64,000 bases of DNA from an uncultured bacterium (GCA_949283655.1 CASDTH010000045.1:12228-76227); one strand, 5' to 3'. Positions 36,148 through 45,725 are shown, counted from the stretch's first letter. Program-made: numbers and translations. Notes: generated by a model not told the origin, from the sequence alone.

Positions 36148-36809
36148 TCTCCAAAGGTATAGCCCATACCAAAAACTGTTACGATATATTCCTGCTTTTC
36201 GTCGTTCAGCTTTTGCCGCAGCTGCTTAATATTCACACGCACGGTATTGTCATCAACAAAGCTCCCGTCTATATCCCAAAGCTGTTCTAAAAGCATTGCT
36301 TTCGTAACAACTCGACCTTTATTTTCTATTAAATAACAAAGCAGCTTGTATTCTGTTGCGGTCAGGTGTACTTGCTGTTCTTTCATTAAAACAATACATT
36401 TATCTGTATCGACTTCTAAATCCCTATATTTAATACGGGTATTTCCGCCGCCTGTCCGTTTTAAGACCGCTTGTACTTTTTTTCGCAAAACTTCAATCGA
36501 AAAGGGCTTTGGAATATAGTCATCGCAGCCAACGCCGAAGCCCTCCAGCATATCCTGCTCTGTATCATTCGCAGTTAGAAACAGGATCGGGATTTCAGCA
36601 GTTTCCCTGATCTTTTTACAGAATTCCATTCCGCTGCCATCCGGCAGATTGATGTCAAGCAGAAACAGATCATACCTTTGGTTTTGATAGGTCTGCAAGG
36701 CTTCCATATAGCCATAAACAGCCGTAATGGTATGATTGTCCTTTTCAAGCGCAATAGAAATCCCCTTGCTCAAAATCTTGTCATCTTCCAGTAAAAAGAT
36801 ATTTGCCAT
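36144..36809 (-). CDS. OmpR family response regulator (BceR-like)
   Basis: MANIFLLEDD.. receiver domain and a winged-helix C-terminus (VFGMGYTF). ATG 36809 is preferred over the track start at 36875. ATGA overlap with the kinase gene. Confidence 0.9.
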   Translation of the reverse strand: MANIFLLEDDKILSKGISIALEKDNHTITAVYGYMEALQTYQNQRYDLFLLDINLPDGSGMEFCKKIRETAEIPILFLTANDTEQDMLEGFGVGCDDYIPKPFSIEVLRKKVQAVLKRTGGGNTRIKYRDLEVDTDKCIVLMKEQQVHLTATEYKLLCYLIENKGRVVTKAMLLEQLWDIDGSFVDDNTVRVNIKQLRQKLNDEKQEYIVTVFGMGYTFGE

Positions 36810-36891
36810 AACCGCAAAACACACCACCTTTCCTCGGCATGTAGAACTGCAGGAGCAGACGCAGTAGTGCTGCACCTGCTCCGCAATTTAT

Positions 36892-39408
36892 TTAGTTTTC
36901 AAAATTGTGCAGCCGTTCTATCACTGTCTCCTTTGAGATAAACCGATAAACCAAAGACGGAACAGAAAGGCATATTACAAAAATAGCAATGATAAGGCCA
37001 ATAACGAGCGCCACAGGGTACTCAAACCTTGCATAATCCGCAATGCTCGGCACTGCGTCTGCCACCAGCAAGAGGAAAGCATTCCCCAAAGTCATAATCA
37101 GTATTGTCGAGATAAGCGCATAAAAGCCGCCTTCAAACGTTAAAATCTTTCTGATCTGTTTTTTGGTAGTCCCAATACTTTCCATGATGGCAAATTCGTT
37201 TTTCCTTGCAATAACGCTGGTAAGCATAACATTCACAAAGTTGATTAAGCCAATCACGATGAGCAGAATCGCCGCACCGTTACCAAGCAAACCGACGGAA
37301 AAATACATCTGATTGAATTCCTCCAACATAGAAACAGAGCTTTGAAAATTCCATTCACCGGAAGGCAAGGTGTTGTTGATTGCTATAAGTTCGTTATTTA
37401 CTTTATGCAACTGATTTGCGCTCTCAATGTCCACACCAATATCATATATAATTGCGGTGTCTGTCAATCGCTCCATTCCTGCGTCACTGACATAAATAAC
37501 ATCGGGGACAGCGTCCACCCATTTACGATGCCCGATATTGAAGTTATCATCAAGGTCTTTGTAGTTGAACGCTCCCGCCACTTGAAAATCTGCGGACTTC
37601 CCATCCGCACTATCCGAAGTCAAATTTAGAGTTTTACCGACCAGCGTAGCGTTCGGCGCAAAGGTATCCGTATCCATACCCACAATAACCGTACCGCCGT
37701 TTCGGAAAGCCTCCATATCAATCGGCGTACTATGGGTATCATTATATTGTTTCACAAGTTCATCATCAATGGTCACAACATAGCAGCCATAATCTCCGGC
37801 ATTGGAATAGTCTTGCAATTCAGAAATCATCTGCTCATAGGGTTTGCCATCGTGATATAACTCCTCGTGCTGCATTTTCAAGAAGCGCTCAAATTCCGAA
37901 GCATGAAAGCCGATTTCCGCCCAAGTAATTTTACTGGTGGAAATATTTGCAACCCCGTCAACCTGTGAAAGCTGCTCTATAAAATGCGCATCAAATTGCG
38001 GTATTTCTTTTTCGAGGTTTTCAAACTTACTAAACTGCAAGTCTGTATAACGAAAATCATATTTCATGTATTTATCAACATAGTTTTCTCCGTTGATACT
38101 TCCCAAAACGCCATTAACACCTAAAATCGTGACAGTACCCATAAAGAGGGACAGAAATACAAGCACAGCCCGCTTCTTATCACGGAAAACATTATGGAAC
38201 GCCATTACAGACAGCTTGCCGCCATTGGTTGAATTCCTGCTTTTCTTTTTCGAGGGTGCGAAATTTTGGTATCGCAGGGCTTCTACCGGAGAAATCTTCG
38301 CCGCCTTTTTTGCAGGCGCATTGCAAGCCATCCAAACTGTCACCGCAGAGAAAATAATGGACAGAATAAAGATAGCAGGATGGAAAAATACAACAGCGTC
38401 CATGCTTGATCTACCCTGTTCATATCCTTGCTGTAAAAACAACGGGACAAGGGCAAAGGATACCGCCGCAGCTAATACGATGCCGCCAGGGATTCCGATA
38501 CAGGCAAACTTAAATGCCTGTTTTTTTACAAGCGATTTCATTTGCTTCTGTGTTGTGCCAATCGTTTTCATCAATCCATAAAAGCGGGTGTCTTTGGAAA
38601 TAGAAATATACAGGACATTGTAAATCAGAAGATACCCACTTCCGACAATAAACAGTACCAAGAGAATAACCATCGCAATCATAGAGCCATTGGAAGAACT
38701 CATGGAAACCGATCCGTTAAAATACTGATTGTCGTTTAGAGATACATCTTCTTGAATTTGATAAAAGTCTCCCGGCATATCATTTAGGGTTAGAGACAAA
38801 GTCCCGTTTTCCTGCAAGGTATATCCGGCATTCGCACAGTAGCTTTCTGAAACAAAGGCCATTCCCGTCCCGGTGTAGGAACGAAACCAACCGCTTAATA
38901 AAAATGTCTTTTGCTGTTCTCCGTCTTTATCAAAATACGATAAGGGTATTTCCATTTGGAGAGTTGGATCGGTAATACTGAGCTGTTCAAGAGCGTCCTC
39001 AGACAGCATGATTTCATTTTCCTGCGTAGGGTAAGAGCCGTTGATATTGCTGATTGCTTCCTTAAAATGTTGTTCCCATTCTGTTTCATCGTAGTATTGA
39101 ATCGCTATGGACGAGTCTCGGCCTTCCGAATTTGTCTGGACAGCAGAGCCAACCATATATCGGGTGCCGATTGTTTTCACATAATCCAAAGAACGGATTT
39201 GCTGTTCCTGCTCGCTGGTGGGCGCATTTAATGTGACATCAGCATTTGAGCCTGCTGTACGCACGCTGGATAATTCCATATTCTGCATATAGTTAATGCC
39301 CAAGCTGAAAACCGTTGTAATCATAAAAGTGGTAAGGACAACCGCAAGTACCGCAAATGTATTGCGAATACGGTTTGCCTTCATCATCCCTTTTTCAACC
39401 TTTTTCAT
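36892..39408 (-). CDS. ABC transporter permease with two FtsX domains and a large extracellular region (BceB/MacB-like)
   Basis: ~838 aa. ATG 39408 (MKKVEKG) is preceded by AAGGAG. It has TM clusters at both ends and in the middle. Confidence 0.85.
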   Translation of the reverse strand: MKKVEKGMMKANRIRNTFAVLAVVLTTFMITTVFSLGINYMQNMELSSVRTAGSNADVTLNAPTSEQEQQIRSLDYVKTIGTRYMVGSAVQTNSEGRDSSIAIQYYDETEWEQHFKEAISNINGSYPTQENEIMLSEDALEQLSITDPTLQMEIPLSYFDKDGEQQKTFLLSGWFRSYTGTGMAFVSESYCANAGYTLQENGTLSLTLNDMPGDFYQIQEDVSLNDNQYFNGSVSMSSSNGSMIAMVILLVLFIVGSGYLLIYNVLYISISKDTRFYGLMKTIGTTQKQMKSLVKKQAFKFACIGIPGGIVLAAAVSFALVPLFLQQGYEQGRSSMDAVVFFHPAIFILSIIFSAVTVWMACNAPAKKAAKISPVEALRYQNFAPSKKKSRNSTNGGKLSVMAFHNVFRDKKRAVLVFLSLFMGTVTILGVNGVLGSINGENYVDKYMKYDFRYTDLQFSKFENLEKEIPQFDAHFIEQLSQVDGVANISTSKITWAEIGFHASEFERFLKMQHEELYHDGKPYEQMISELQDYSNAGDYGCYVVTIDDELVKQYNDTHSTPIDMEAFRNGGTVIVGMDTDTFAPNATLVGKTLNLTSDSADGKSADFQVAGAFNYKDLDDNFNIGHRKWVDAVPDVIYVSDAGMERLTDTAIIYDIGVDIESANQLHKVNNELIAINNTLPSGEWNFQSSVSMLEEFNQMYFSVGLLGNGAAILLIVIGLINFVNVMLTSVIARKNEFAIMESIGTTKKQIRKILTFEGGFYALISTILIMTLGNAFLLLVADAVPSIADYARFEYPVALVIGLIIAIFVICLSVPSLVYRFISKETVIERLHNFEN

Positions 39409-39424
39409 TGCTCCTTTATTTCGG

Positions 39425-40111
39425 TTAGCGTGCATATCTGACACCTCCCGAAACAACTTTCCCATCCTCAATGCGGATTGTCCGATCTGCCATCTGAGCG
39501 ATTTCCTCATTATGTGTAATCATAATTGTGGTCTGATAAAACTGCTTGCTGATAGACTGCATAAGCAAGATGACATCCATACTTGTTTTAGAGTCCAGAT
39601 TTCCGGTCGGCTCATCGGCAAGGATAATAGCGGGCTTGGTAGCCAATGCACGGGCAATCGCTACTCGCTGCTGCTGACCGCCGGACAGATTATTCGGCAT
39701 ATTTTTGAGCTTCTTTTCCAAACCGAGCGTATGAATGATCTGCCGGACAAACTCCGTATCGGCTTTCGCTCCGTCAATCTCAATAGGGTACACGATGTTT
39801 TCGTACACATTGAGGACAGGGAGCAGGTTGTAATTTTGAAAGACAAAGCCGATATTCCTGCGCCGGAAAATGGTTAATTCCTCGTCTTTCATTTTCAAAA
39901 GTTCTTTGCCACGGATCGTTACGCTGCCAGAAGTCGGATGATCCAAACCGCCGATCATGTTCAGCAATGTGGACTTGCCACTGCCGGAAGTACCGACCAC
40001 AGCGACAAATTCTCCCTCGTCCACGGAAATAGACACACCGTCCAAAGCGTGGACTTCATTTTCTCCGCTGCCATATATCTTTCGCAAATCCTTTGTTTCA
40101 AGTATTGCCAT
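39425..40111 (-). CDS. ABC transporter ATP-binding protein (BceA/MacB-NBD type)
   Basis: MAILETKDLRKIYG.., GTSGSGKST, LSGGQQQRVAIARAL, ILADEPTGNLD. ATG 40111 lies 8 nt after GGAGG. Confidence 0.9.
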   Translation of the reverse strand: MAILETKDLRKIYGSGENEVHALDGVSISVDEGEFVAVVGTSGSGKSTLLNMIGGLDHPTSGSVTIRGKELLKMKDEELTIFRRRNIGFVFQNYNLLPVLNVYENIVYPIEIDGAKADTEFVRQIIHTLGLEKKLKNMPNNLSGGQQQRVAIARALATKPAIILADEPTGNLDSKTSMDVILLMQSISKQFYQTTIMITHNEEIAQMADRTIRIEDGKVVSGGVRYAR

Positions 40112-40143
40112 AGCTAAAACCTCCAACTTTATTTTGTGATTTT

Positions 40144-40177
40144 AGTATAGCAGCCACTTCTTACAATCTCATTACAA
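40144..40177 (-). promoter_or_regulatory. Promoter with tandem TTGTAA repeats (candidate response-regulator box) for the ABC operon
   Basis: The minus strand reads CAGTTGTAATGAGATTGTAAGAAGTGGCTGCTATACT. TTGTAA occurs twice, 11 nt apart (plus-strand TTACAA at 40161-40166 and 40172-40177), overlapping the -35 position of an extended -10 TGCTATACT (40144-40149). Confidence 0.45.
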
Positions 40178-40265
40178 CTGCCCATTTAAAAAATCCTTCT
40201 GTTTTTTTGCACATATCTCTATAAAAGCTCTTCCCTCACAACCTCCACAACAGGCTACCGGCAAG

Positions 40266-40312
40266 CAAAAAGGGTGCAGGAGAAATACCCCTGCACCCTT
40301 TTCTGCTTTTTA
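40266..40312 (-). terminator. Terminator of the MFS gene (hairpin usable in both directions)
   Basis: AAGGGTGCAGG (40270-40280) pairs with CCTGCACCCTT (40290-40300), with T/A tracts on both sides. Confidence 0.75.
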
Positions 40313-40373
40313 CAAGCCCGCTCGCCGCTTTTGATAAAAACGAAACCTAAATGGGGCGGGCTATTTGCTCAAA

Positions 40374-41795
40374 TTACGCTTCCAGCTGCACATCCGGCGC
40401 CTTGGCATTGGGATCCGCCTCGCCGTGCCGGACCTGCGTCATGCACAGGAAGGAGAGCGCAAACGCAATCGGGCAATAGATGAAGAGCGACCAGTAACTC
40501 GTGGAGCCGCACAGCGTGCCGCACAAAATCGGGCCGACGATTGAGGCGGAAAACGTCGCTGTGTAATAATAACCGGTAAACGTACCCACCTGCTCGGGCG
40601 TGCCGATATCCAGCACAACAGGCAGCGTATTGATATTCACCAGCGCCACACATGCGCCGCCGCCAATCAGAGCGATGAAAAGCATAATCTTCATAAAGCC
40701 CGGGATATCTTTCGTCAGGAAGAACAGGGTAAACAGCAGCAACGCGCCGCCCAAGCCGATTAGGATCGTTTTTTTGCGGCCGATCTTCTGGCCGAGCTTG
40801 CCGGCGGGGACCGCGAAAATCATCAACGACAGTGCAAAAATACCCATCAGGATTGTGGCGGTGGAGGTGCCGATGCCGAGTTCCTTCTCTGCAAAGAGGG
40901 TGAAGAAAGTCTGGATGGTGTCAGAGCCATTAAAGAGGAAGAAAAGCGTCAAAAGCATGAAAAACAGGCTGCGTTTTTTCTCCTTAGAGAGCTTGAGATC
41001 CTTGAGCTTCTGCTTTTCCTCCTTTTTGGCCTGAGCCAGCTCCTGCGCTGCCATATTGGCCTGCGCCTGCTGCTTGAGGCGGCTATCCGGCTCCTTGACG
41101 GTGAGCATAACCACCAGCAGGCAGATCAGCATGACCACTGCCGTAAAGATGAAAACATAGGGGCGCTCCGCATCCGTAGCGGGTTTTGAGCCCATAAAGA
41201 GCGTCATGAGCGCAATCACGATCATCCCTGCGCCCATGCCGATGAGCGTGCCGAGGCCGCCCATCAGGTTGATCACCGCGTTCCCTTCGCTGCGCAGGGA
41301 GGGGGGCGTCAGATCAGGCATCAGCGCAACCACCGGGGAGCGCCACAGGGACATGATCAGGTTAAAGCAGATCACGCACAGCATCAGCGCCCAGATATAC
41401 GGCATGCGCGGGATCAGGATGAAAAACAGGCACGAGGCCGGGATGCCGAAGAGCAGATAGGGCCTGCGCTTGCCCAGGCGGCTGTGCGTATGATCGGAAA
41501 ACTTGCCAAACAGCGGCTGAAAAATCACGCCAAACACGTTATCAATAACCATAATTGCGCCAATCAGGCCGCCAATGACGCCACGGCCAACCACATCCGC
41601 TCCGCCGAACAGCGTTGCAAGCCATGGCAGCTTTTCCGCAAGGCCCATCACAGCCGGTGAAGCGGACAGCATATCATCCAAAATCGGCGGGACATAGGCG
41701 TTATAAACCGCCCAGGCAATTGAACTGGCCATAAAGCCGAAACCGATCAGGAACGTCAGCTTATAGTTGAGCTTCATTTTATTCTGCTCTGCCAT
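40374..41795 (-). CDS. MFS transporter (12 TM, sugar/solute type, substrate unknown)
   Basis: ~473 aa polytopic ORF with a long central hydrophilic loop (KQQAQANMAAQELAQAKKEEKQK). ATG 41795 lies 7 nt after AGGGAG. Confidence 0.8.
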   Translation of the reverse strand: MAEQNKMKLNYKLTFLIGFGFMASSIAWAVYNAYVPPILDDMLSASPAVMGLAEKLPWLATLFGGADVVGRGVIGGLIGAIMVIDNVFGVIFQPLFGKFSDHTHSRLGKRRPYLLFGIPASCLFFILIPRMPYIWALMLCVICFNLIMSLWRSPVVALMPDLTPPSLRSEGNAVINLMGGLGTLIGMGAGMIVIALMTLFMGSKPATDAERPYVFIFTAVVMLICLLVVMLTVKEPDSRLKQQAQANMAAQELAQAKKEEKQKLKDLKLSKEKKRSLFFMLLTLFFLFNGSDTIQTFFTLFAEKELGIGTSTATILMGIFALSLMIFAVPAGKLGQKIGRKKTILIGLGGALLLFTLFFLTKDIPGFMKIMLFIALIGGGACVALVNINTLPVVLDIGTPEQVGTFTGYYYTATFSASIVGPILCGTLCGSTSYWSLFIYCPIAFALSFLCMTQVRHGEADPNAKAPDVQLEA

Positions 41796-41862
41796 TATCA
41801 TTCTCCCTTTGCAATAAAATCTGCCTCAAGCGGCATGCCGCAGGCAATAAAAATCCGCATTC

Positions 41863-41891
41863 AGTATAACAATTATTTGTAAATATTGCAA
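41863..41891 (-). promoter_or_regulatory. Sigma-A type promoter of the MFS gene
   Basis: Minus strand TTGCAA (41886-41891), a 17-nt spacer, then TATACT (41863-41868). Confidence 0.5.
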
Positions 41892-41973
41892 CGGAGTTTT
41901 TTGTTTTCTCCCTCCCTTTTGCCAGGCGGGCCCTTTTTGCACGGCGGACAGCCTGGGTCACTCCCCGCAGGGA

Positions 41974-43575
41974 TCAATCGCGCTCCCATTCCGCCCCGTC
42001 GGAGGCGATAAACGACCCGGAGACGGTCAGCGCAAAGGGCGAGCCCATCACCTCCAGTTGGTAGCGCTCGCCCGCCTGAAGGCCGTCAAAGCGCAGCTGA
42101 AGCGCGTCGCCATCCGGCTGCCCCACAATCTCTGCGGAAATCCTGGTTCCATCCGCTGCCACCGCAACCGCCGACAGGCTCGCCTGCCACTCCAGATCCT
42201 CCTGAAACGCGACCTCCACAAGATTTTCCTCCGCGTCAAATTCTGTGCGCTCGATTACCGGAAGCTGCGCCTGCGAAACAAGGCAATCGCCATACAGCGT
42301 CTGGGCGCCTTTTTTGCCCTGCACATTGGCAATCGCAACGGTGACCAGCTCATTACGTGAAAGCCCCGTTGCGCTGAGATACCAAAAGCCGCCCTCATAG
42401 CCCGCAATTTCACAGGATAGCTGCCCGCCCTCGCGCGTAAGCAACACCGCCTGCTCCTGCCCGGTGAGAGAGCCACCCTCCTGCGCCTGCTCAAACCGAA
42501 TGCGGAACTGGCCCTCTGACAAATACTCCAGCCGCTGGCAGTCCTCCGCCTCCTCATAGCGCGCATAGCGGCCCTTTTGATTGCAGAAATTCGCCGTGAA
42601 GGAGCGCTCCGCCCCCTGCTCATCGCGCATACCGGAAACCGTCACCGTGCATACGGCGCCGGCCGCCAGCCCCGGCGCTGTAACCGAAAAGCGATCGTCT
42701 TTCACTTCAACCAGCTGCGCTGTGATAGACTCGCCGCCCGCCGGCGTGATTGCAACCGTTTCCCGCCCGGTGAGGGAAAAATCCTGTGTGAAGCGCAGCT
42801 CAATGGCTCCATCCCCATGCACGCGCACACCCATCAGGTCAAGAAAATCCTCCCCCAGCCCTGCCTGCTCATAGGCATCCTCCAAGCTCATCCCCTGCGC
42901 CACGAGCGAATCGATATAAGCGCGCATCTGCTGGGCGGTATCAAAGCTCTGCCGGCGCACAGAGATGTTAGAATCAATCCCCTGCTCTGTAAAAACCTGA
43001 TTTGCCGTATCCGTCATATCCTTTTCGAGCTGCTGTGTTCTCTGCGCCGTTGCCCCGGCCACGGCGATCAAAACCTCCTTCCCCTCTTCAGAAAAGTATC
43101 CGTCCGCAATTGCCTGGCTGAGGATCAGGCGCAGCGCCTGCTCTGCATCCGCGCTAGAGGAAGCTACCTTTTGCACCAAATCCTTGCCATCCTCATTCAC
43201 GCCAACCAGGCCAATCACCCTGCCCAGACGGTTGAGCTCAATGCGCACAACCGGATTGATTGCAATCTCTACGCTGGCATCCGCCGTTGTAAGCAGCCGG
43301 TAGCCCTGCTGCACACCAAAAAGCAGCACAATGCATGCGGCAGCGGCAATCACCCACTTTTTGACGCGCTGGAGCGCCACCACGCGACCCTGAACCGCCG
43401 TTTGTTCTGTTTTAACAGCTTCTTCCCTCCCGGGCAAGGCAAGCTCCAGGCAGCTGGCATCCAACTCCATGCCTACTTCCCAGCCGGGCTGCGCATCGAC
43501 TGTATAAAACCCGCCATCCTCTGCCAAAAGGACTGCGCGGCCCCCCTCTATCTCCATGACCAAAATTCGTTTCAC
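41974..43575 (-). CDS. rsgI: Anti-sigma-I factor RsgI-like protein with a ~440-aa extracytoplasmic region
   Basis: The N-terminus MKRILVMEIEGGRAVLLAEDGGFYTV matches the RsgI_N pattern. It has a single TM (WVIAAAACIVLLFGV) and a juxtamembrane VEIAINPVVRIELN. ATGA overlap with the sigma gene. Confidence 0.8.
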   Translation of the reverse strand: MKRILVMEIEGGRAVLLAEDGGFYTVDAQPGWEVGMELDASCLELALPGREEAVKTEQTAVQGRVVALQRVKKWVIAAAACIVLLFGVQQGYRLLTTADASVEIAINPVVRIELNRLGRVIGLVGVNEDGKDLVQKVASSSADAEQALRLILSQAIADGYFSEEGKEVLIAVAGATAQRTQQLEKDMTDTANQVFTEQGIDSNISVRRQSFDTAQQMRAYIDSLVAQGMSLEDAYEQAGLGEDFLDLMGVRVHGDGAIELRFTQDFSLTGRETVAITPAGGESITAQLVEVKDDRFSVTAPGLAAGAVCTVTVSGMRDEQGAERSFTANFCNQKGRYARYEEAEDCQRLEYLSEGQFRIRFEQAQEGGSLTGQEQAVLLTREGGQLSCEIAGYEGGFWYLSATGLSRNELVTVAIANVQGKKGAQTLYGDCLVSQAQLPVIERTEFDAEENLVEVAFQEDLEWQASLSAVAVAADGTRISAEIVGQPDGDALQLRFDGLQAGERYQLEVMGSPFALTVSGSFIASDGAEWERD

Positions 43576-44273
43576 TGCCGCCCGCCTCCTTCCGGCCCGT
43601 CCAAACGGATGTATTCGCGAATATACGGATAATCCCCGCTGTGTGCCAGCACTGCAGCCACCAGATACCTGCGGTGATCCTCCAAAATTTTTGGCTTGAT
43701 GCTCAGCGCTTTGGCAAGCGCTTTGACCGGTATTTTATGCTTGCGCTGAAAGGATTCCAGCATCTGTGCATCCTCTAACAGACAGCGCACTGCGGCCTTA
43801 CAGGCCTTCCGCGTAGATTCATGGCGCGGCGCAGCCTCTGCCAGAGCCTGAAAAGAGATCGACCAATCCCGCAGCTCCTGCGTGAAAAGCCGTATCTCCT
43901 CCCGCCGGGCCTCCTGCTCGCTTTGCAGGCGATGGGCATGCTGGGAAGCCACGTCAATGAAGCTTTGGCTCTCCTCATTTTCCGCATCCAGAAGGGGCAG
44001 TTCTCTGCTTGCCGCATCCCGCCGGATAGAGTCAATCACCCGCCTGCTGATGAGAAGCTTTGCAAAGGATAAAAAGCTGCCCTTCTCCGGCTCAAAGCTT
44101 TGCACAGCCTGCGCAAACGCCAGCATCCCGGCCTGCACATAATCCTCCTGCGCCTGTGGGCTGCTTTTGAGCACGGTAGAGAGGATAAACGGGCGGTATT
44201 CCTGCAGCAAAGCATTCAGCTCAGCGCTGGAGCTCTTTGCAGCCTGCACCCGCTCCACAAGCGTTTGCCCCAT
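43572..44273 (-). CDS. sigI: RNA polymerase sigma factor SigI family
   Basis: ~233 aa. The region-2-like LLQEYRPFILSTVLK..QEDYVQAGMLAFAQAV and the pairing with rsgI support the call. ATG 44273 lies 8 nt after AGGAGG, and the track TTG 44291 sits inside that RBS. Confidence 0.8.
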   Translation of the reverse strand: MGQTLVERVQAAKSSSAELNALLQEYRPFILSTVLKSSPQAQEDYVQAGMLAFAQAVQSFEPEKGSFLSFAKLLISRRVIDSIRRDAASRELPLLDAENEESQSFIDVASQHAHRLQSEQEARREEIRLFTQELRDWSISFQALAEAAPRHESTRKACKAAVRCLLEDAQMLESFQRKHKIPVKALAKALSIKPKILEDHRRYLVAAVLAHSGDYPYIREYIRLDGPEGGGRQ

Positions 44274-44645
44274 GGGCGGCACCTCCTTCAAAATCGGTAA
44301 GGGAAGCTTTCCGGCCCCATTATACAGGAAAACGCTTTTTTTGAAAACCGGTTTTGACCGCAGCCCTTCTTACATGGTATTTATTCGTACCCACCCTTGA
44401 AAATTCAGGCGGCGTTTTTTAAAAAATTTTGGAATATGCCAAATCAGGCAATTCTTCTTTATAACAGCCTTGGCAGCCTGCCTTGCCGGCAGCAATAGGG
44501 CGGGCCTTTATTGCCGCCCGCTCACGGAGCGCTCCTCCTCTTTCGCCCCTCTTCTTTCTCACATCTATAGCGAATTTTTGCCGGTGAGTTTATAAGATAT
44601 GTTTAAAAATTTGCTGTTCCCCATAGAAAAGAGAGGCTCTTCCTA

Positions 44646-44675
44646 TTGAAACTCTCTTTCCCGCCATGCTATAAT
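44646..44675 (+). promoter_or_regulatory. Sigma-A type promoter of the isomerase/oxidoreductase operon
   Basis: TTGAAA (44646-44651), an 18-nt spacer ending in TGC, then TATAAT (44670-44675). This leaves a ~170-nt leader. Confidence 0.5.
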
Positions 44676-44845
44676 GAAAAACTGGAAGGGTGTTTTGACA
44701 TTGCTGCCACCTGATAAAATGCCCGATTGAGCAGGGAACAGATTTGCTTTGCCGCCATGGCGCATCAGGCAAATCTAATAATATAGCGGCGTAGAGAAGG
44801 TGAATATTTGCCCCATTCTGCGCCGCAGCAGGAGTGGATGACAAA

Positions 44846-45712
44846 ATGGCTGAATTTATTCTCTCCGCCTTTTCTGACGAGGCGGGCATCGCGCTGGAGG
44901 AACAAATTCGCGCGTGCCAGGCAAACGGAATCACGCACATGGAGCTGCGCGGCCTGCCGCAGGGCAATATCTCCACGCTCTCCACAGACGATGCCTGGGT
45001 GCTCAAGGCGAAGCTTGACTCCGAGGGGATGCAGGTTTCCGCAATCGGCTCGCCCTATGGCAAAATCAATATCACAGAGGATTTTGAGCCGCATTTTGAG
45101 GCCTTCAAAAATACGGTTGAGGTGGCAAAAATCCTGGATTGCCGGCTGATTCGGATGTTCAGCTTTTATTTTGACGAGGGGCAGAGCTACGAGGATTATC
45201 GCGACGAGGTGTTTGCCCGTGTGGGCAAAATGGCAGACTATGCGCTCGAACACGATGTGTTATGCTGCCATGAAAATGAAAAAGGCATTTATGGCGATAC
45301 GGCCGAGCGCTGCCTTGACCTCTACCGGCACTTTGAGGGGCGGCTCGCGGGCGTTTTTGACCCGGCGAACTTTATCCAGTGCGGCGTGCAACCGTTGGAA
45401 GCCTATGAAATGCTCGAGCCCTATATCCTTTATATGCACGTAAAGGATGCGAAAATGGCGGATGGCAGTGTGGTGCCTGTGGGTGCAGGCGATGGTCATG
45501 TTGCGGAGATTCTGCATCGTTTTCAAAAAATGGAGGGAAAACGTTTTCTCACCTTGGAACCGCATCTCAAGGTGTTTGAGGGCCTCTCCTCACTGGAAAA
45601 GGATAACGAAACCGCGCAGAAGATGGAGCAGTATACCTACCCCTCCAACCGTGCGGCGTTCGATGCGGCGGCACAGGCCATGCACCATCTGCTCAGCGGC
45701 TTGAACGCTTAA
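44846..45712 (+). CDS. Sugar phosphate isomerase/epimerase (xylose isomerase-like TIM barrel)
   Basis: ~288 aa with a typical AP-endonuclease-2/TIM pattern (ITHMELRG.., HENEKGIYGD, LEPHL). ATG 44846 (MAEFIL) is preferred. Confidence 0.8.
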   Translation: MAEFILSAFSDEAGIALEEQIRACQANGITHMELRGLPQGNISTLSTDDAWVLKAKLDSEGMQVSAIGSPYGKINITEDFEPHFEAFKNTVEVAKILDCRLIRMFSFYFDEGQSYEDYRDEVFARVGKMADYALEHDVLCCHENEKGIYGDTAERCLDLYRHFEGRLAGVFDPANFIQCGVQPLEAYEMLEPYILYMHVKDAKMADGSVVPVGAGDGHVAEILHRFQKMEGKRFLTLEPHLKVFEGLSSLEKDNETAQKMEQYTYPSNRAAFDAAAQAMHHLLSGLNA

Positions 45713-45725
45713 GGAACCGATCAAA

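Noticed and set aside
42577-43632. 351-aa plus-strand ORF
   Set aside because: It is antisense to rsgI, a typical high-GC shadow frame with low-complexity composition and no RBS.
44382-44387. CGAATA (minus strand) upstream of sigI as a possible SigI-type -10 element for autoregulation
   Set aside because: I could not find an A-tract/CCCC-type -35 at a plausible spacing. A single hexamer is not enough without a position-weight-matrix search.
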